From Felis catus (taxonomy: Eukaryota), in contig NC_058368.1 of NCBI RefSeq assembly GCF_018350175.1, positions 221,528,001-221,592,000 on the forward strand: 64,000 nucleotides of DNA, read 5' to 3'. The number at the start of each line of letters is the position of its first letter. The stretch's first letter is position 1. Below the pieces are notes generated by a model. It had not been told where the DNA came from. It saw only the letters and a program-made list of their open reading frames with translations, and searched no databases. Shown one piece after another: positions 36,909-48,680 of the stretch. The position numbers were made by a program, and so were the translations under genes.

Positions 36909-37602
36909 GGTTCATGAGTCATGTAGCTTTTTGAGAAGCCTATAATGTGGTTTTCATGGTGCAATTTGCTCCTTAAATTTAAACTTTCAATATCAGAGTA
37001 ATTCCTGTTCATTTGAGAGTCAATGTTCATAATATCAACTCAATCTTCATACAAAACTGTATGGGTACTCTTGACTCCTGCCTAACTCGTGTACCTGGGA
37101 ACCTTGCAGTGTATTCAAGTATCTGAAATCAGATCTTATATCTAATCCATCTTGCTGTCAAATGGCTTAACCTTGAGGCTAATAAAAGCATCTTTACCTA
37201 CCGACTCTTTCTGTAGAAAAACACCAGAAGGAGCCATTTTAGCTCTTTTTTTTTTTTAAAAGCTTTTTAGGTAAACTTGATATTTTATTGTATACCTTCG
37301 TTCTTAAACAGATCCCTTGTTTTATAGTTTCTCTCAAAAAATGAAGCTGTATATGAAATAATCATCTTAGATTCCATTAGATAGCAATATAGTTAAAAGA
37401 AAAATTGATATGGAATCTGAACACATAACACAGTATACTAAAGTTCTTGCCAAATACTGTCCACTGTAGGTCAGTTTTTCTCTTCTCCTTTACAATTTGT
37501 TTCTTGTTTCTAGCATACTAGTCATTACATAATAGCTGTACCACAAAGGTTTAATATGTTTAATTGAATTGGCAGGACCTTGAATGAAATTCAGCTATCT
37601 TT

Positions 37603-37779
37603 TTTTTTTTTAAAGATTTATTTCTAAATTTGAAAGAGAGAGAATGCAGAGGGAGAGAAAGAATCCTCAAGCAGACTCCCCACTGAACATGGAGCCTGAC
37701 ACAGGGCTCGATCTCAGGACCCTGAGACCATGATCTGAGACAAAACCTCAGTCAACAGACCGAGCCACCTAGCCACCCC
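37603..37779 (-). mobile_element. Older Can-SINE
   Basis: cagggctcgatctcaggaccctgaga...gagccacc; decayed TSD att..ctatcttt. Confidence 0.88.
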
Positions 37780-38830
37780 ATTAACTATCTTTAAATCAAT
37801 ATATGAATCCCTAAAAACATCATTTCAAAAATAGCACTGGACAGCATTAAGATTTTAGATTCACTCTTATTGTTTTTTTTCTCCTTTCTTCTCCTCTCCA
37901 CCTCCTTCTGGTGCTGTTTTTCCACTCTACCTCTAATTATCTTTTCATCCATACATTTCTTCTAACCATTTCTTTGTATTAAATGTGCATGTTGACTAAT
38001 GATAGTTACTTAACAGCTAGGATAAAGAGTTAGGAGACTTTGATTCTAATTCCAGGTTTTTATAAAATGATCCACATGTAACTACTTAAGCACATGTATG
38101 TCTATCCATGGCTAATAATAGTATGATATCACATATGATTATATTTTTATCAGAAATATCTTAAATGCATTTGTCATAAACTTCACAATACAGTTCATTG
38201 TGTGTGCACATATGTATATGCATGCATATGTTTAGAATTTTTTTCTATAAAATATTATTTGGATTTTTTGAGAAACCGTGCTCTCTAACAGAGATTCTAA
38301 AAGGTTCTTGATAAACCGATACAACTTGCATATTTTATCAGGTGATAAGAGTTAGGACACAATGGGATGATTGGAGAAGTATCTGGAAATGTCACCTATA
38401 TGAAAAGATAACAGAAAAATAGGGACTACAGAGTGATCTGAATAATAAAGATTTCAAATTTAATGTTCTCCTCTTCTAAAAACATTGAGTTTGTGAATAT
38501 ATGTCACAGTTATGACACTCAAGCATATACTTGATATATAAGTGGATTATTTTGGTACCCTTAACATAATATATATGTATGTGAGAATCATCCCTTTCCC
38601 TAACTTTGAAAAAGGAGAAGCCACTGTCATAAAAAGTACCACTTATATATATTTCATTGTTCACGAAGCACCACATAATTCATTTCTACTGACGTTTCAT
38701 CAATATAAATAACCCTATGAAATTACTATGATAAAAGTGGATTTTTTCTACCCCTGAATTTCCCATCAAGATTGCATAAAGGAGATTTTTTATATAGCAT
38801 ATATCAGTGTAACACTTTAGAGTAGACTTT

Positions 38831-38957
38831 TTTTTTTTAAGTTGGTTTCATGCCCAACATGGAACCCAGTGTGGAGCTTGAATTCAGGACTCTGAGCTCA
38901 AGAACTGAGCTGGAATCAAGAGTTGGGGCTTAACCAACTGAGCCATTCAGGCACCCC
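38831..38957 (-). mobile_element. Short older Can-SINE lacking (CT)n
   Basis: TSD tagagtagacttt at 38818-38830 and 38958-38970. Confidence 0.9.
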
Positions 38958-38971
38958 TAGAGTAGACTTTC

Positions 38972-39211
38972 TTTTTTTTTTTTTTTTTAATTTTTTTTTC
39001 TTCTTTCCACGTTTTTATTTATTTTTGGGACAGATAGAGACAGAGCATGAACAGGGGAGGGGCAGAGAGAGAGGGAGACACAGAATCGGAAACAGGCTCC
39101 AGGCTCTGAGCCATCAGCCCAGAGCCTGACGCGGGGCTCGAACTCGCAGACCGCGAGATCATGACCTGGCTGAAGTCGGACGCTTAACCGACTGCGCCAC
39201 CCAGGCGCCCC
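38972..39211 (-). mobile_element. Young felid Can-SINE
   Basis: TSD tagagtagactttc at 38958-38971 and 39212-39225; CpG-rich. Confidence 0.97.
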
Positions 39212-40786
39212 TAGAGTAGACTTTCAATGCATGCTTACACTCATTACTAAAGCATGCCGTTGCTTTTTGTTGTTGTTGTTGCTTTATGTCAGCCATCAAG
39301 AACTATTAGTCCCCCACAGTTTCATGAATGTTGGAAGAAAACTTGAGATGACTGGGTCTGAGAAAAGGGACATTGCTGCTCCCAGCACAGCAAGCAGCCT
39401 GAGCATCTTCATAATTGACTCAGTTCCCATTGCCCCATGTACCATATGGGCAAAAAGAGACCCAGATGGATGCCAGCATATGCAGCGGGTTACATTTATA
39501 GAGAGGAAGTCTGATAACGCCTGCATCTTGTTTGAGAGGGAGACATCATCTATATTTTATGGGGTAGTAAACATGCCTGTCCTTTGCTTTGGAAGAAGAC
39601 ACTATCTCAAATTCTCAAAATTATTAGCTATATAAAAATTCTTGAAAATATAGTCTTGAAAAAAAGGACATTTAATGCTTTCTGTGCAAGACCTAAAAGG
39701 CTGAGAGATGATGGAGATTTGTCTCCCAATGCTGTATGGCGTGTTGACTTACTGAAGCAACACCATGTAATGTGGTGACTCAGTAAAGTTAGAAAAAATT
39801 TAAAATGCTTTCTTCAGCAAGCTGACTGAATTGCTTTACCAGTAGTCAAATGATGGCTCCTTCCCTTTCTCCCTTTTTTTCAAGCAACTTAAAAAAAATT
39901 CTTCTCCAAGCACATACTCTCTTTCATTCTGAATCTGGACTTAGAATTATAAATATAAGTGAGAGGTGGAACTCAAGTCTACTTCAGGCCCTTCATGATG
40001 TTGATCTCACAAATTAACTATCTTCTAAATAAGTATAACCTTTGCAGTATACCTACATATTTTTTTCTTTTCTAAATGATAGAAGATAATGTATTTTTTA
40101 CCCACTGATATCAATAATTGTTTGGGAGACAGCCTTATAACTATACTGATAGTCTCACTCCTTAATTAAAACATCTGAATTGCTTTTTCCATCACAAAGA
40201 GTGATTTATTATGATAAAAAGTGGATAGTTATATCGAATTAAATTTCTCTTTATTTTACAAAGTATTCAGTGCTACTGAATTTTTAAATGACCTCATATA
40301 GTTTGGAACCATTTATGGGATGTTATGGTATTTTCAGCTACTTATTATAAAGAATATAAGTTTGTAATTCATAAGGTTATTTTCAAAGCTCTGGGTATTG
40401 AAAGAAGAATGATAATTTCCCATGATATGGAAAATATTCAAGATACAACTCTCTGGTGAGTAGACTTAGACACTAAACAAGGAATTGGGATATGGAAAAA
40501 TGGAATTGCGGCTGTATTGACCATATCAGCCACGGTTGTAACTTTTGAAGCCATCCCCAAAGGACCAGGATTGTAGCTTTAGAAAGCATAAATTACTTAC
40601 TTAATTAATTAAAATGAAAGAAAAACTGTACTTTAAAAATAAAGGCAGATAATAAGAAATGGTTTTGAAAACACAGCCCTCCAGTTTTTTTTTTTTTTTT
40701 TGGCTTTGATTAAAATACTTTGAGCATCATATAGGAAAATATTTAAAATACTTTTTTTATCCACTACGTGATTGTGATGAGAAATT

Positions 40787-40889
40787 AAAAAAAAAAAAAA
40801 TCTCTAGGCCCAACATAGGGCTCGAACTCACAACCGCAAAATCAAGAGTCCTGAACTCCAGCTGCGCTGACTGAGCCAGCTAGGGACCC
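40787..40889 (-). mobile_element. Short tRNA-Lys-derived Can-SINE
   Basis: Minus strand reads gctggctcagtc...gttgtgagttcgagccctatgttgggcctagaga; agaaatt on both flanks. Confidence 0.8.
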
Positions 40890-41190
40890 AGAAATTTTTT
40901 TTCTTTGTTTCATGACTGTGTACAAATTAGAACACTAAATGTTTTCCTTCAAGCTGCAGTTACACTCACCTTGTGCCAAAGAAGCACAGGGAAACTAGCA
41001 GTAGCTGTTGTTGTTGTTGTTGTTGTTTCAAATACATGGAAAAACGTTGTTTTTATTTAACAATTGGAGCTTCTTAGCCCATTTATAAATAAAGCCTAGC
41101 TTTAAAACTGCAATTGAAAATAAAAGTGAGACAAAGATAACATAAGGTAAATACAATTCTTTTTCCCCTCACCCAGTCTCTCTTCTCCTT

Positions 41191-41242
41191 TTCCTTCCTT
41201 CCTTCCTTCCTTCCTTCCTTCCTTCCTTCCTTCCTTCCTTCC
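41191..41242. repeat. (CTTC)n
   Basis: Direct reading. Confidence 0.97.
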
Positions 41243-41324
41243 TCTTTTTCTTTCTTTCTAGATTATAATAGGTCTTAAAAAACTCAAAAAGAGAATTTAG
41301 GGAAAACTTAGAGCTATTCTTTCT

Positions 41325-41900
41325 TTTTAAAATTGTTTTTGTTGAAGTGTAGTTGACACACCATGGTTCATTAGTTTCAGGTATACAACATGGTGATTCA
41401 ACATCTCTATACATGTGCCACATTCACCACAAGTGTAACTACCATGGTCGCCATCCAATGCTATTGCAATATCATTGACCAATTCCACTATGTTGTGCCT
41501 TTTATCATCATGCCTTACTCATTCCATAACCGAAAGCCTATGTCTCCCACTCCCCTTAACCCATTTTCCCATAGCCTATCCTCCTTTCCTCTGGCAACCG
41601 TCAGTTTCTTATCTATATTTATAGGTCTGGTCCTGCTTTTTTGGTTTTATTCATTTGCTTTGATTTTTAGATTCCACCTGTAAGTGAAATCATATGGTAT
41701 TTGTCTTTGCCTGACTTATTTCATTTAGCATAATATCCTCTCTGTCCATCCATGCTGTTGTAAATGGCAAGATCTCATTCTTTTTATGTCTACTTAATAT
41801 TCTCTTTCTCTCTCTCTCTCCATATACACCACACCTTTATTCATTCACCTATCAATGGGCACTTAGGGTATTTTCATATGTTCCATAGTTTCCATATGTT
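41325..41900 (-). mobile_element. L1 3' end fragment
   Basis: gttgaagtgtagttgacac, tagtttcaggtatacaaca, tagattccacctgtaagtgaaatcatatggtatttgtc. Confidence 0.92.
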
Positions 41901-42500
41901 AATATAAATAATAAATGTATGTACAAAAATACAGTAAACTTCCTTTTAGATAATGCCATTAAAGACTTCCAAGATTTTCTACATATTTTTTCAAGTGTCA
42001 AGAATCACTGCCAGGAACATATTTTATTATGAATTTTCTCATGTCCCTTGATTCCTTAGAGGAAGAAGAGTTGTCAATGACATATTTGACCACTTCACTG
42101 CCTGTAAACAAATGGAATTTCATTATCACACCATGAAAGCTTGCACAAACACTCTGTGTGGTACCAGTTAAGTGGATGCTTATAAATATTTAGCTCTTAG
42201 GGATTACAAATCCGCAAGGCTCTGTCCACATAGTTTGGGGGTGGGAGTAGTGGAAATGAAGAGAGTATGGAAGAAAGACATGTTAGTGTCCAGCGATGGC
42301 TGAAGAAATCCATGTCCCCAATTTTTCGTTGTCTGAATTGACCAGTTCCTCAGAATCCACCCCCTTTCCTGATTCCATTGCTTTATTTTTCCTGAAAAAA
42401 AAAGGAGTTTTGATACTATATTTGGTTGAAAAATCATAATTACACCTTTTTTCCCCCTCTAATGTTGACGAGCATCTAAGCATTTTTGAAAATGCTTCTT

Positions 42501-42712
42501 GGGGGTGCCTGGGTGGCTCAGTGGGTTGAGCATCCCACTTCAGCTCAGATCATGATCTCACAGCTTGTGGTCGGATGGAATCTGTGCTGGCAGCTTAGAG
42601 CCTGGAGCCTGCTTTGGATTCTGTGTCTCCCTCTCTCTCTCTCTGCCCTTTCCCCGCTCATGCTCTGTCCCTCTTCTCAAAAATAAATAAACATTAAAAA
42701 AAAGATTAAAAA
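42501..42712 (+). mobile_element. Can-SINE (first of a tandem pair)
   Basis: gggggtgcctgggtggctcagt head through A tail. Confidence 0.93.
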
Positions 42713-42862
42713 GGGGCACCTGGGTGGCTCAGTTGGTTAAGCATCCAATTTTGGCTCAGGTCATGATCTCACAGTTCATAGTTTCAAACCCTACATTGGG
42801 CTCTGTGCTGAGAGCTTGGAGCCTGGAACCTGCTTAGGATTCTGTGTCTCCCTCTCTGTCTG

Positions 42863-42905
<43 letters not shown>

Positions 42906-42937
42906 AATAAACATTAAAAACATTTAAAAAAAAGAAA
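42713..42937 (+). mobile_element. Can-SINE (second of the pair, in the tail of the first)
   Basis: ggggcacctgggtggctcagttgg head immediately after the first tail. Confidence 0.93.
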
Positions 42938-43073
42938 GAAAGTGCTTTTCTATTTAATACCTATCTGTATTCCTGTGATCCTTTATTTCAAGGTCAGGGA
43001 GTTCCAGAGAAATATTCTGTGCAATAAGGAAAACGTGTACATTAACAGGAACTTTTCATATGTGAGTTTAGAT

Positions 43074-43295
43074 CTGGGATTGACAAACTATAGCTTTCAG
43101 AGAAAATTCAACCTATTGCCTATTTTTTTAAGTAAAGTTTTAGTGGAGCACAGCTATGGTCATTTGTTTACATATTATCTATAGCTTCTTTCCCCCATAA
43201 TAGCAAGGTTGAAAAGTTAGGACAAAAACTGTATAGCTCTCAAAACCTAAAATACTTCCTATCTGGCCCTTAACAGAAAGATGTATTGACTCTTA
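43074..43295. mobile_element. MER58A-like hAT relic
   Basis: gacaaactata, taaagttttagtggagcacagc, aaacctaaaatact..ctatctggccctt.acagaaa. Confidence 0.88.
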
Positions 43296-44382
43296 TTTAG
43301 GTAATTACAAGAACACTGTATGGAGTCAGGCCTTTCATTAGTGGCCACTCAGACCTGCTCTCTCAGTCCTGTCTGTCTTAAAGATTCCTCATTCTCAGGC
43401 ACAAAGGCTAGTTGTTAGAGATGGGTCTCCTGGGAGACAATCAGCAGGTGCAGTGAAAATATGGTGGGCTCTTTTGGTTTTAAAAAACCTTACTACCTTA
43501 GTATTCTCATCTCTAATATATGAATGATACATAAAGAAAATAATAAAGTTATTGTCTAGCTTACTTAATCCACACATGGAACAGCATATGTAGGTTCTCA
43601 GCCAAGTGTCATTAATGTTTACTATGCTACCCTCACTCCACAGTTTGTTTTTCTCAGCGCAGAAATTAGAATATTTCTGCATGGAGAGTGGGGATTTGGG
43701 CTTCACAAAAAAGTATCTAGAATACTCAGAATCTACTTTTCACTCCTTGGAACAAGAGAATCTTGTAGGAGGAATCTTTCATTTTTTTATGGAGTAAGGT
43801 CTAGATTCCCGTTTCCTCTGTAACTCCTTAGTTTCCCCCAAATTTCTCAGCACCCAATAACTATGCCCAAATCCCAAGCTCTTGTTCCTTTATCTAAGTG
43901 TAACCATATGACCAGCACAACAGTATAACATAATCTTGGATACATAGTCACAATAAGCGGGGAAATTATCACTGAAATTCATTAAGCTCACATTGTCCAG
44001 AGTGCAATGAGCCTTTTCCGAATGCACAGATGAAGCAGTTTATTCAGAACTGTGGCCTTAACAACAACTGGGAAAGTCAGATTAAAACCAAATATTTTCA
44101 TGAGAACAAATGAATAAAATCAAGGCCACAGAGACGTATAGCACACTAAAGATCAAGTAAATGTGAATAATCATAGTGGAGAAAAGTAATTTAAAAACTT
44201 ATTTAAAACGGTCTGTTTTATTTTCTCTGGTTAGTTTAAACATTTATTAAGTATAATGTCTGCTCCCTTTCTATTCATTACAATAAGTAATGACAAGTGA
44301 ATTTTATAATTTTATGTAAATTTTAAAATTGTGCATTTCATGGAAGAAATCTAGATTTCATATTTTAGAATGTCAGTGTTTA

Positions 44383-44592
44383 TTTTAGTTTTTTTTTTTT
44401 AATGTTCATTTATTTTTGAGGCAGAGTATGAGTGGGGAAGGGCAGAGAGAGAGGGAGACACAGAATCCGAAGCAGGCTCCAGGCTCTGAGCCATTAGCCC
44501 AGAGCCTGATGTGGGGCTTGAACTCACAAACCACGAGATCATGACCTGAGCCGAAGTTGGGCACTTAACTGACTGAGCCACCCAGGCACTTC
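44383..44592 (-). mobile_element. Can-SINE
   Basis: TSD tagaatg(t/c)cagtgttta at 44366-44382 and 44593-44609. Confidence 0.95.
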
Positions 44593-46551
44593 TAGAATGC
44601 CAGTGTTTAAATTCAACGTTCAGAAGTATTAGTTATGACATATATTTTTATCAATATGTACAAATATTCTCTCTTTAGTTTTTCAAGAATATTTCTAGTT
44701 TTGCCTCTACTGATTAGATTTTTCTGTAACATACAATCTTTGATTAAGTATCCGACTTCACTTATTATATGGGGCATTGACTATATTTAAGAAATAATTA
44801 TTTAATTTTTATCATTCCATCTATTCTGAAGTATGGTCTTATTCGTCTTTGAAAAGTGATGCCTTTATTCATGGCTATGAACACATACTGCTAAGTGAAA
44901 TGTTTTGGATCGAACAGTAATCAAGAGTAGCTATTAAGTTAATAATTAAGTAACAAAGAGGGAAATATTCCAGTTCAATTACGTAAAATAATTACTTACA
45001 AAAATAATTATCTATATTCTCAATACACTATGCTTCCTGGGTGAGAATTTTGAAGAACAAAGAAGATACAGATAAATGGATAAGATCCAGGATCCTGAGA
45101 ATTTTAGGATGAATAAAAGGTGAGCTTGGAGAGAAGGGCAGGCGGAATATTGTCCAGAGTAGAAATATAAGTTTCAATATGCTCCCATTAAGTCCTAGGT
45201 TTCAAATATCTAGACCTATGAAATCAGATAGTCTTACTTGCCATTTTGAGATTATAAGAAACCAAGTCTCCATGGACCAATTGAATGGATGTTTAGTCCT
45301 TTCCCATGTGGCTTCCGCATGTCACGAGACATTGTCTCTTGGAGCTGCTTCTGCAGCGAGTGGCCAGCAGGCTGCCACAATGTCGTGGTCCAGCACTGCC
45401 TGGCCTTGCAGTGCGGGTCTCCGCTGACTCTCTAGAAGGCGGGCTTCTCCTTGTGATGCAGAGCAATAATCCAGTTGGGTTTAAGGTTACTACCGCCTGA
45501 TGTCAGAATAAAATTATTAATAGCACCCATTTTTACTTTCAAAAGTGTTCCTGTTGGATGACAAATTATATGGCTACCTTAGTGTGTACATCATTTAGAA
45601 AACTGCCTGGGCCTCCAAGGCTATGACCACATTGTTATGGCTCTATTAAATCACACACATGCACACAGCTATTTTGCTCGGGGCATGCCCACCGCAGTTG
45701 ATTGACAGAGCGTCTAAAATCAGCTGCATTCTAGGCCGAAAATAACATCATTCTCCCTTGGCCTGCTATTGGTTTTGACATGGAATTTTCCTGCTCATTA
45801 TGTTGATTTTTCTCTTAGGGGCACCTGTTATTTGTCTGACCATTTGGCCCCAATCAGGGATTCTTGATACATTGGACAGACTTAATCACATTAATGGTCT
45901 CCACATTACTTCCAGGAAATTATTCTGTCCTTTCATAAACTTTCAGAGGAAGTAGATAACTAGAAGAAAAGTTCAATCTAATTTTGATGATCAATATCAG
46001 CGAAGGTTTGGGTAGCCCCTTGCCAAGCCAAGATTTCTTGTGAGAAAACTTTGCCCTCATATCAGTGGGGAGGTTCTATACCATACATTTGCATAACTAA
46101 ACTGCACCATCCAATTAAGTCTGTGTAGAACTAAGAAAAAAGTTGGGTCTAAAGGTAAACCCTCATCTTCTTCTGGGAAGGCAGAAACCAATTTGAAAGT
46201 TTCTAGTGGAGAATTTTCCAGCTTAAAGTATATAAAGATCAAAAATCTGCCAGATACCTACTAAGATTATGGGGGGAGATAATTTAATGATAAGTTCATT
46301 GTTTTCTCCAGCTCTATGGATTATCTCCAATTTTTATAGAATTTGAGTGGATGAAGAGTGTTGGAACAGGAGATGATGGAATGGGGACGGCAATTCTAGA
46401 AAAGTTTTTTGAAAGGGTAAAATTTCTAGTATTTTAGCTTTGAGGGAAAGTAAAAAGGAAGACAAAAAAGTGTCCTTGACCAAAGTGGATAGTTTTGCAG
46501 AAACTACTTTATAATAGATGAGCGTGATGAAGTAAAGGACAAGAATTTTTA

Positions 46552-46589
46552 TTTTTTTTAAGTTTACTTATTTATTTTGAGAGAAAGGG

Positions 46590-46634
<45 letters not shown>

Positions 46635-46803
46635 AGTGGTGGAGGAACAGAGAGAGAGAGAGAGAGGGAAAGAGAATCCCAAGCAGGCTCCACACTGTCA
46701 GCACAAAGCCTGATGCAGGGCTTGAACTGACCAACCATGAGATTATGACCTGAGCAGAAATCAAGAGGGGATTGCTTAACTGACTGAGCCACTCAGGCAC
46801 CCG
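46552..46803 (-). mobile_element. Can-SINE
   Basis: TSD aggacaagaattttta at 46536-46551 and 46804-46819. Confidence 0.95.
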
Positions 46804-47099
46804 AGGACAAGAATTTTTAAAATAAGAAGTTTAAGTCCTCCAAGTTCTAGCCCAATTGGACTATCCTGATACTCTTGGAAGCTACTCCAGCTTCTGAGAA
46901 ATGGCTCAAGATAATTTTCAGGAGCAGTAGAAGATTATTCCTACTGGCTATAAAATAACTTCTGTGTTAAAAAGATAAGGAGCTAGGCGCTGAAACTGTG
47001 GCTTTGGTTCAAGGGTTAGGAATGGTAAGAATGGATGCATTTGAGAACTCACGTGAGGTATAGGATGACAGAGTAAATGTAGGAGGCGAGGTACGATTG

Positions 47100-47290
47100 T
47101 AACAATAGTTACCCTCATTATTTAGTATTTTATGGTTTCTATGTGGAGAGTATTCAGGAATTATTCATCATTAATTCTCTCAGTACACCCAAGAGAGGAG
47201 TACTGTTGTTTTCTGCATATTAAGGACAAGAAAGTAGAAGTGAAGTTCAGTCATTTGTCACAGGTAACTCATAAAACTGGGGAGTTGTAA
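47100..47290 (-). mobile_element. MIR (degenerate)
   Basis: cattaattctctcagtacaccc...taaggacaagaaagt...ttcagtcatttgtc. Confidence 0.5.
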
Positions 47291-47601
47291 GAACATCCAA
47301 GGGAGTGTCTGTTTCAGTAGCAATGAAGGGCTTTGGAGCAAGACACCACTTACTTTTTCCAGACAAATCAGGAATGCAAAGTGGTACTTCAGATATTCTC
47401 TTTCGTTTATCTGGGATGACTTTTTTTTAAACAAGAGTGCTTCTCATATTTCTTAAATGAAAAACAAACTGAAAAGTATATCATTAAATAAATAAATGTA
47501 TTAGAGTTAAGAAAACCGTCAAGTATTTATTTTAAATCAATGTTAAGTGTAAGAGATTTTGCTACATAAATATTAGATGGCAAATTATACAATGATATAT
47601 A

Positions 47602-47806
47602 TATTTTTTAAATAATATTCACTTTTGAGAGAGAGAGAGAGAGAGCGCAAGCAGGGGAGGGGCAGAGAGAGAGGGAGACCCCCAAAGCACTCTCCAGGCT
47701 CTACACTGTCAGCACAGAGCCTGATGAAGGGCTGGAACCCACAAACCATGAGATCATCACCTGAGCCAAAGCCTGAGTGTAACCAACTGAGCCACCCAGG
47801 CGCCCC
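47602..47806 (-). mobile_element. Older Can-SINE
   Basis: Ends gagccacccaggcgcccc; flanked by aatgatatat. Confidence 0.92.
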
Positions 47807-47823
47807 ATGAAATGATATATTCT

Positions 47824-48045
47824 TTTTTTTTAAATTTTTTTTTCAACGTTTATTTATTTTTGGGACAGAGAGAGACAGAGCATGAACGGGGGAGGGGCAG
47901 AGAGAGAGGGAGACACAGAATCGGAAACAGGCTCCAGGCTCTGAGCCATCAGCCCAGAGCCTGACGCGGGGCTCGAACTCACGGACCGCGAGATCGTGAC
48001 CTAGCTGAAGTCAGACGCTTAACCGACTGCGCCACCCAGGCGCCC
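47824..48045 (-). mobile_element. Young felid Can-SINE
   Basis: Diagnostic tcggaaacagg and tgcgcc; TSD core tgatatattct at 47813-47823 and 48051-48061. Confidence 0.96.
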
Positions 48046-48641
48046 TGCAGTGATATATTCTAAGAGGTTTTGAGCTTTGTTTGAATCATCCCTGGTTGGA
48101 ATTTATGCTGTTAATTTGTTGTTTGTTTTTGCTTACCTATATGATAGAATGTTTAAAAACTAATCCTCATGGTCCAACAAACTTTAAGATAATTTTAACA
48201 AATGTAATAAATATTTATTAAGAGATTCCACAAAGCTTGACACGAAAAGTTATGTGGAAAACAACAAATGTATATACCACTTGTCAGAACGAGCTTCGAA
48301 TACAATTTACTGGTTTTTCAGGAAAAAAAATCTTGCAAATCAAGACAAAATGAGGAAAATTCGTTATTTTCTTATCTCCCTAGAAAACAAAGTGGTGACA
48401 CAGGCTAGCGAAAAGATCGCCTCAATGTGTGTGCACAAAAAAGATCAAAATTAAATTTCAGTTCTCCCCATCTACACGACGTGTTATGTGGCTCTGTGAG
48501 TAGAAGAAAGGCCAGAGGGAGGCAGGGTGGGCTGTACAGATGAAGGATTCCCCAGAAAATATTCACAAACACTGGCTGAAAGAAGATAATCAAACATAGT
48601 TTTAGGTTGCCAGTTATATTTATTGAAGTGAAACCAATGAA

Positions 48642-48680
<39 letters not shown>

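Noticed and set aside
39231..39635. 134-aa ORF, and the 135-aa ORF at 31200-31607 (minus)
   Set aside because: No recognisable domain or exon structure; lengths are compatible with chance.
40800..40889. Possible tRNA-Lys gene on the minus strand
   Set aside because: The D-arm and acceptor stem are disrupted and it has a SINE-type 3' extension and flanking repeats; it is a tRNA-derived SINE.
48646..48680. Long poly-A as the tail of a processed pseudogene
   Set aside because: No TSD, upstream AATAAA or ORF that I can identify.
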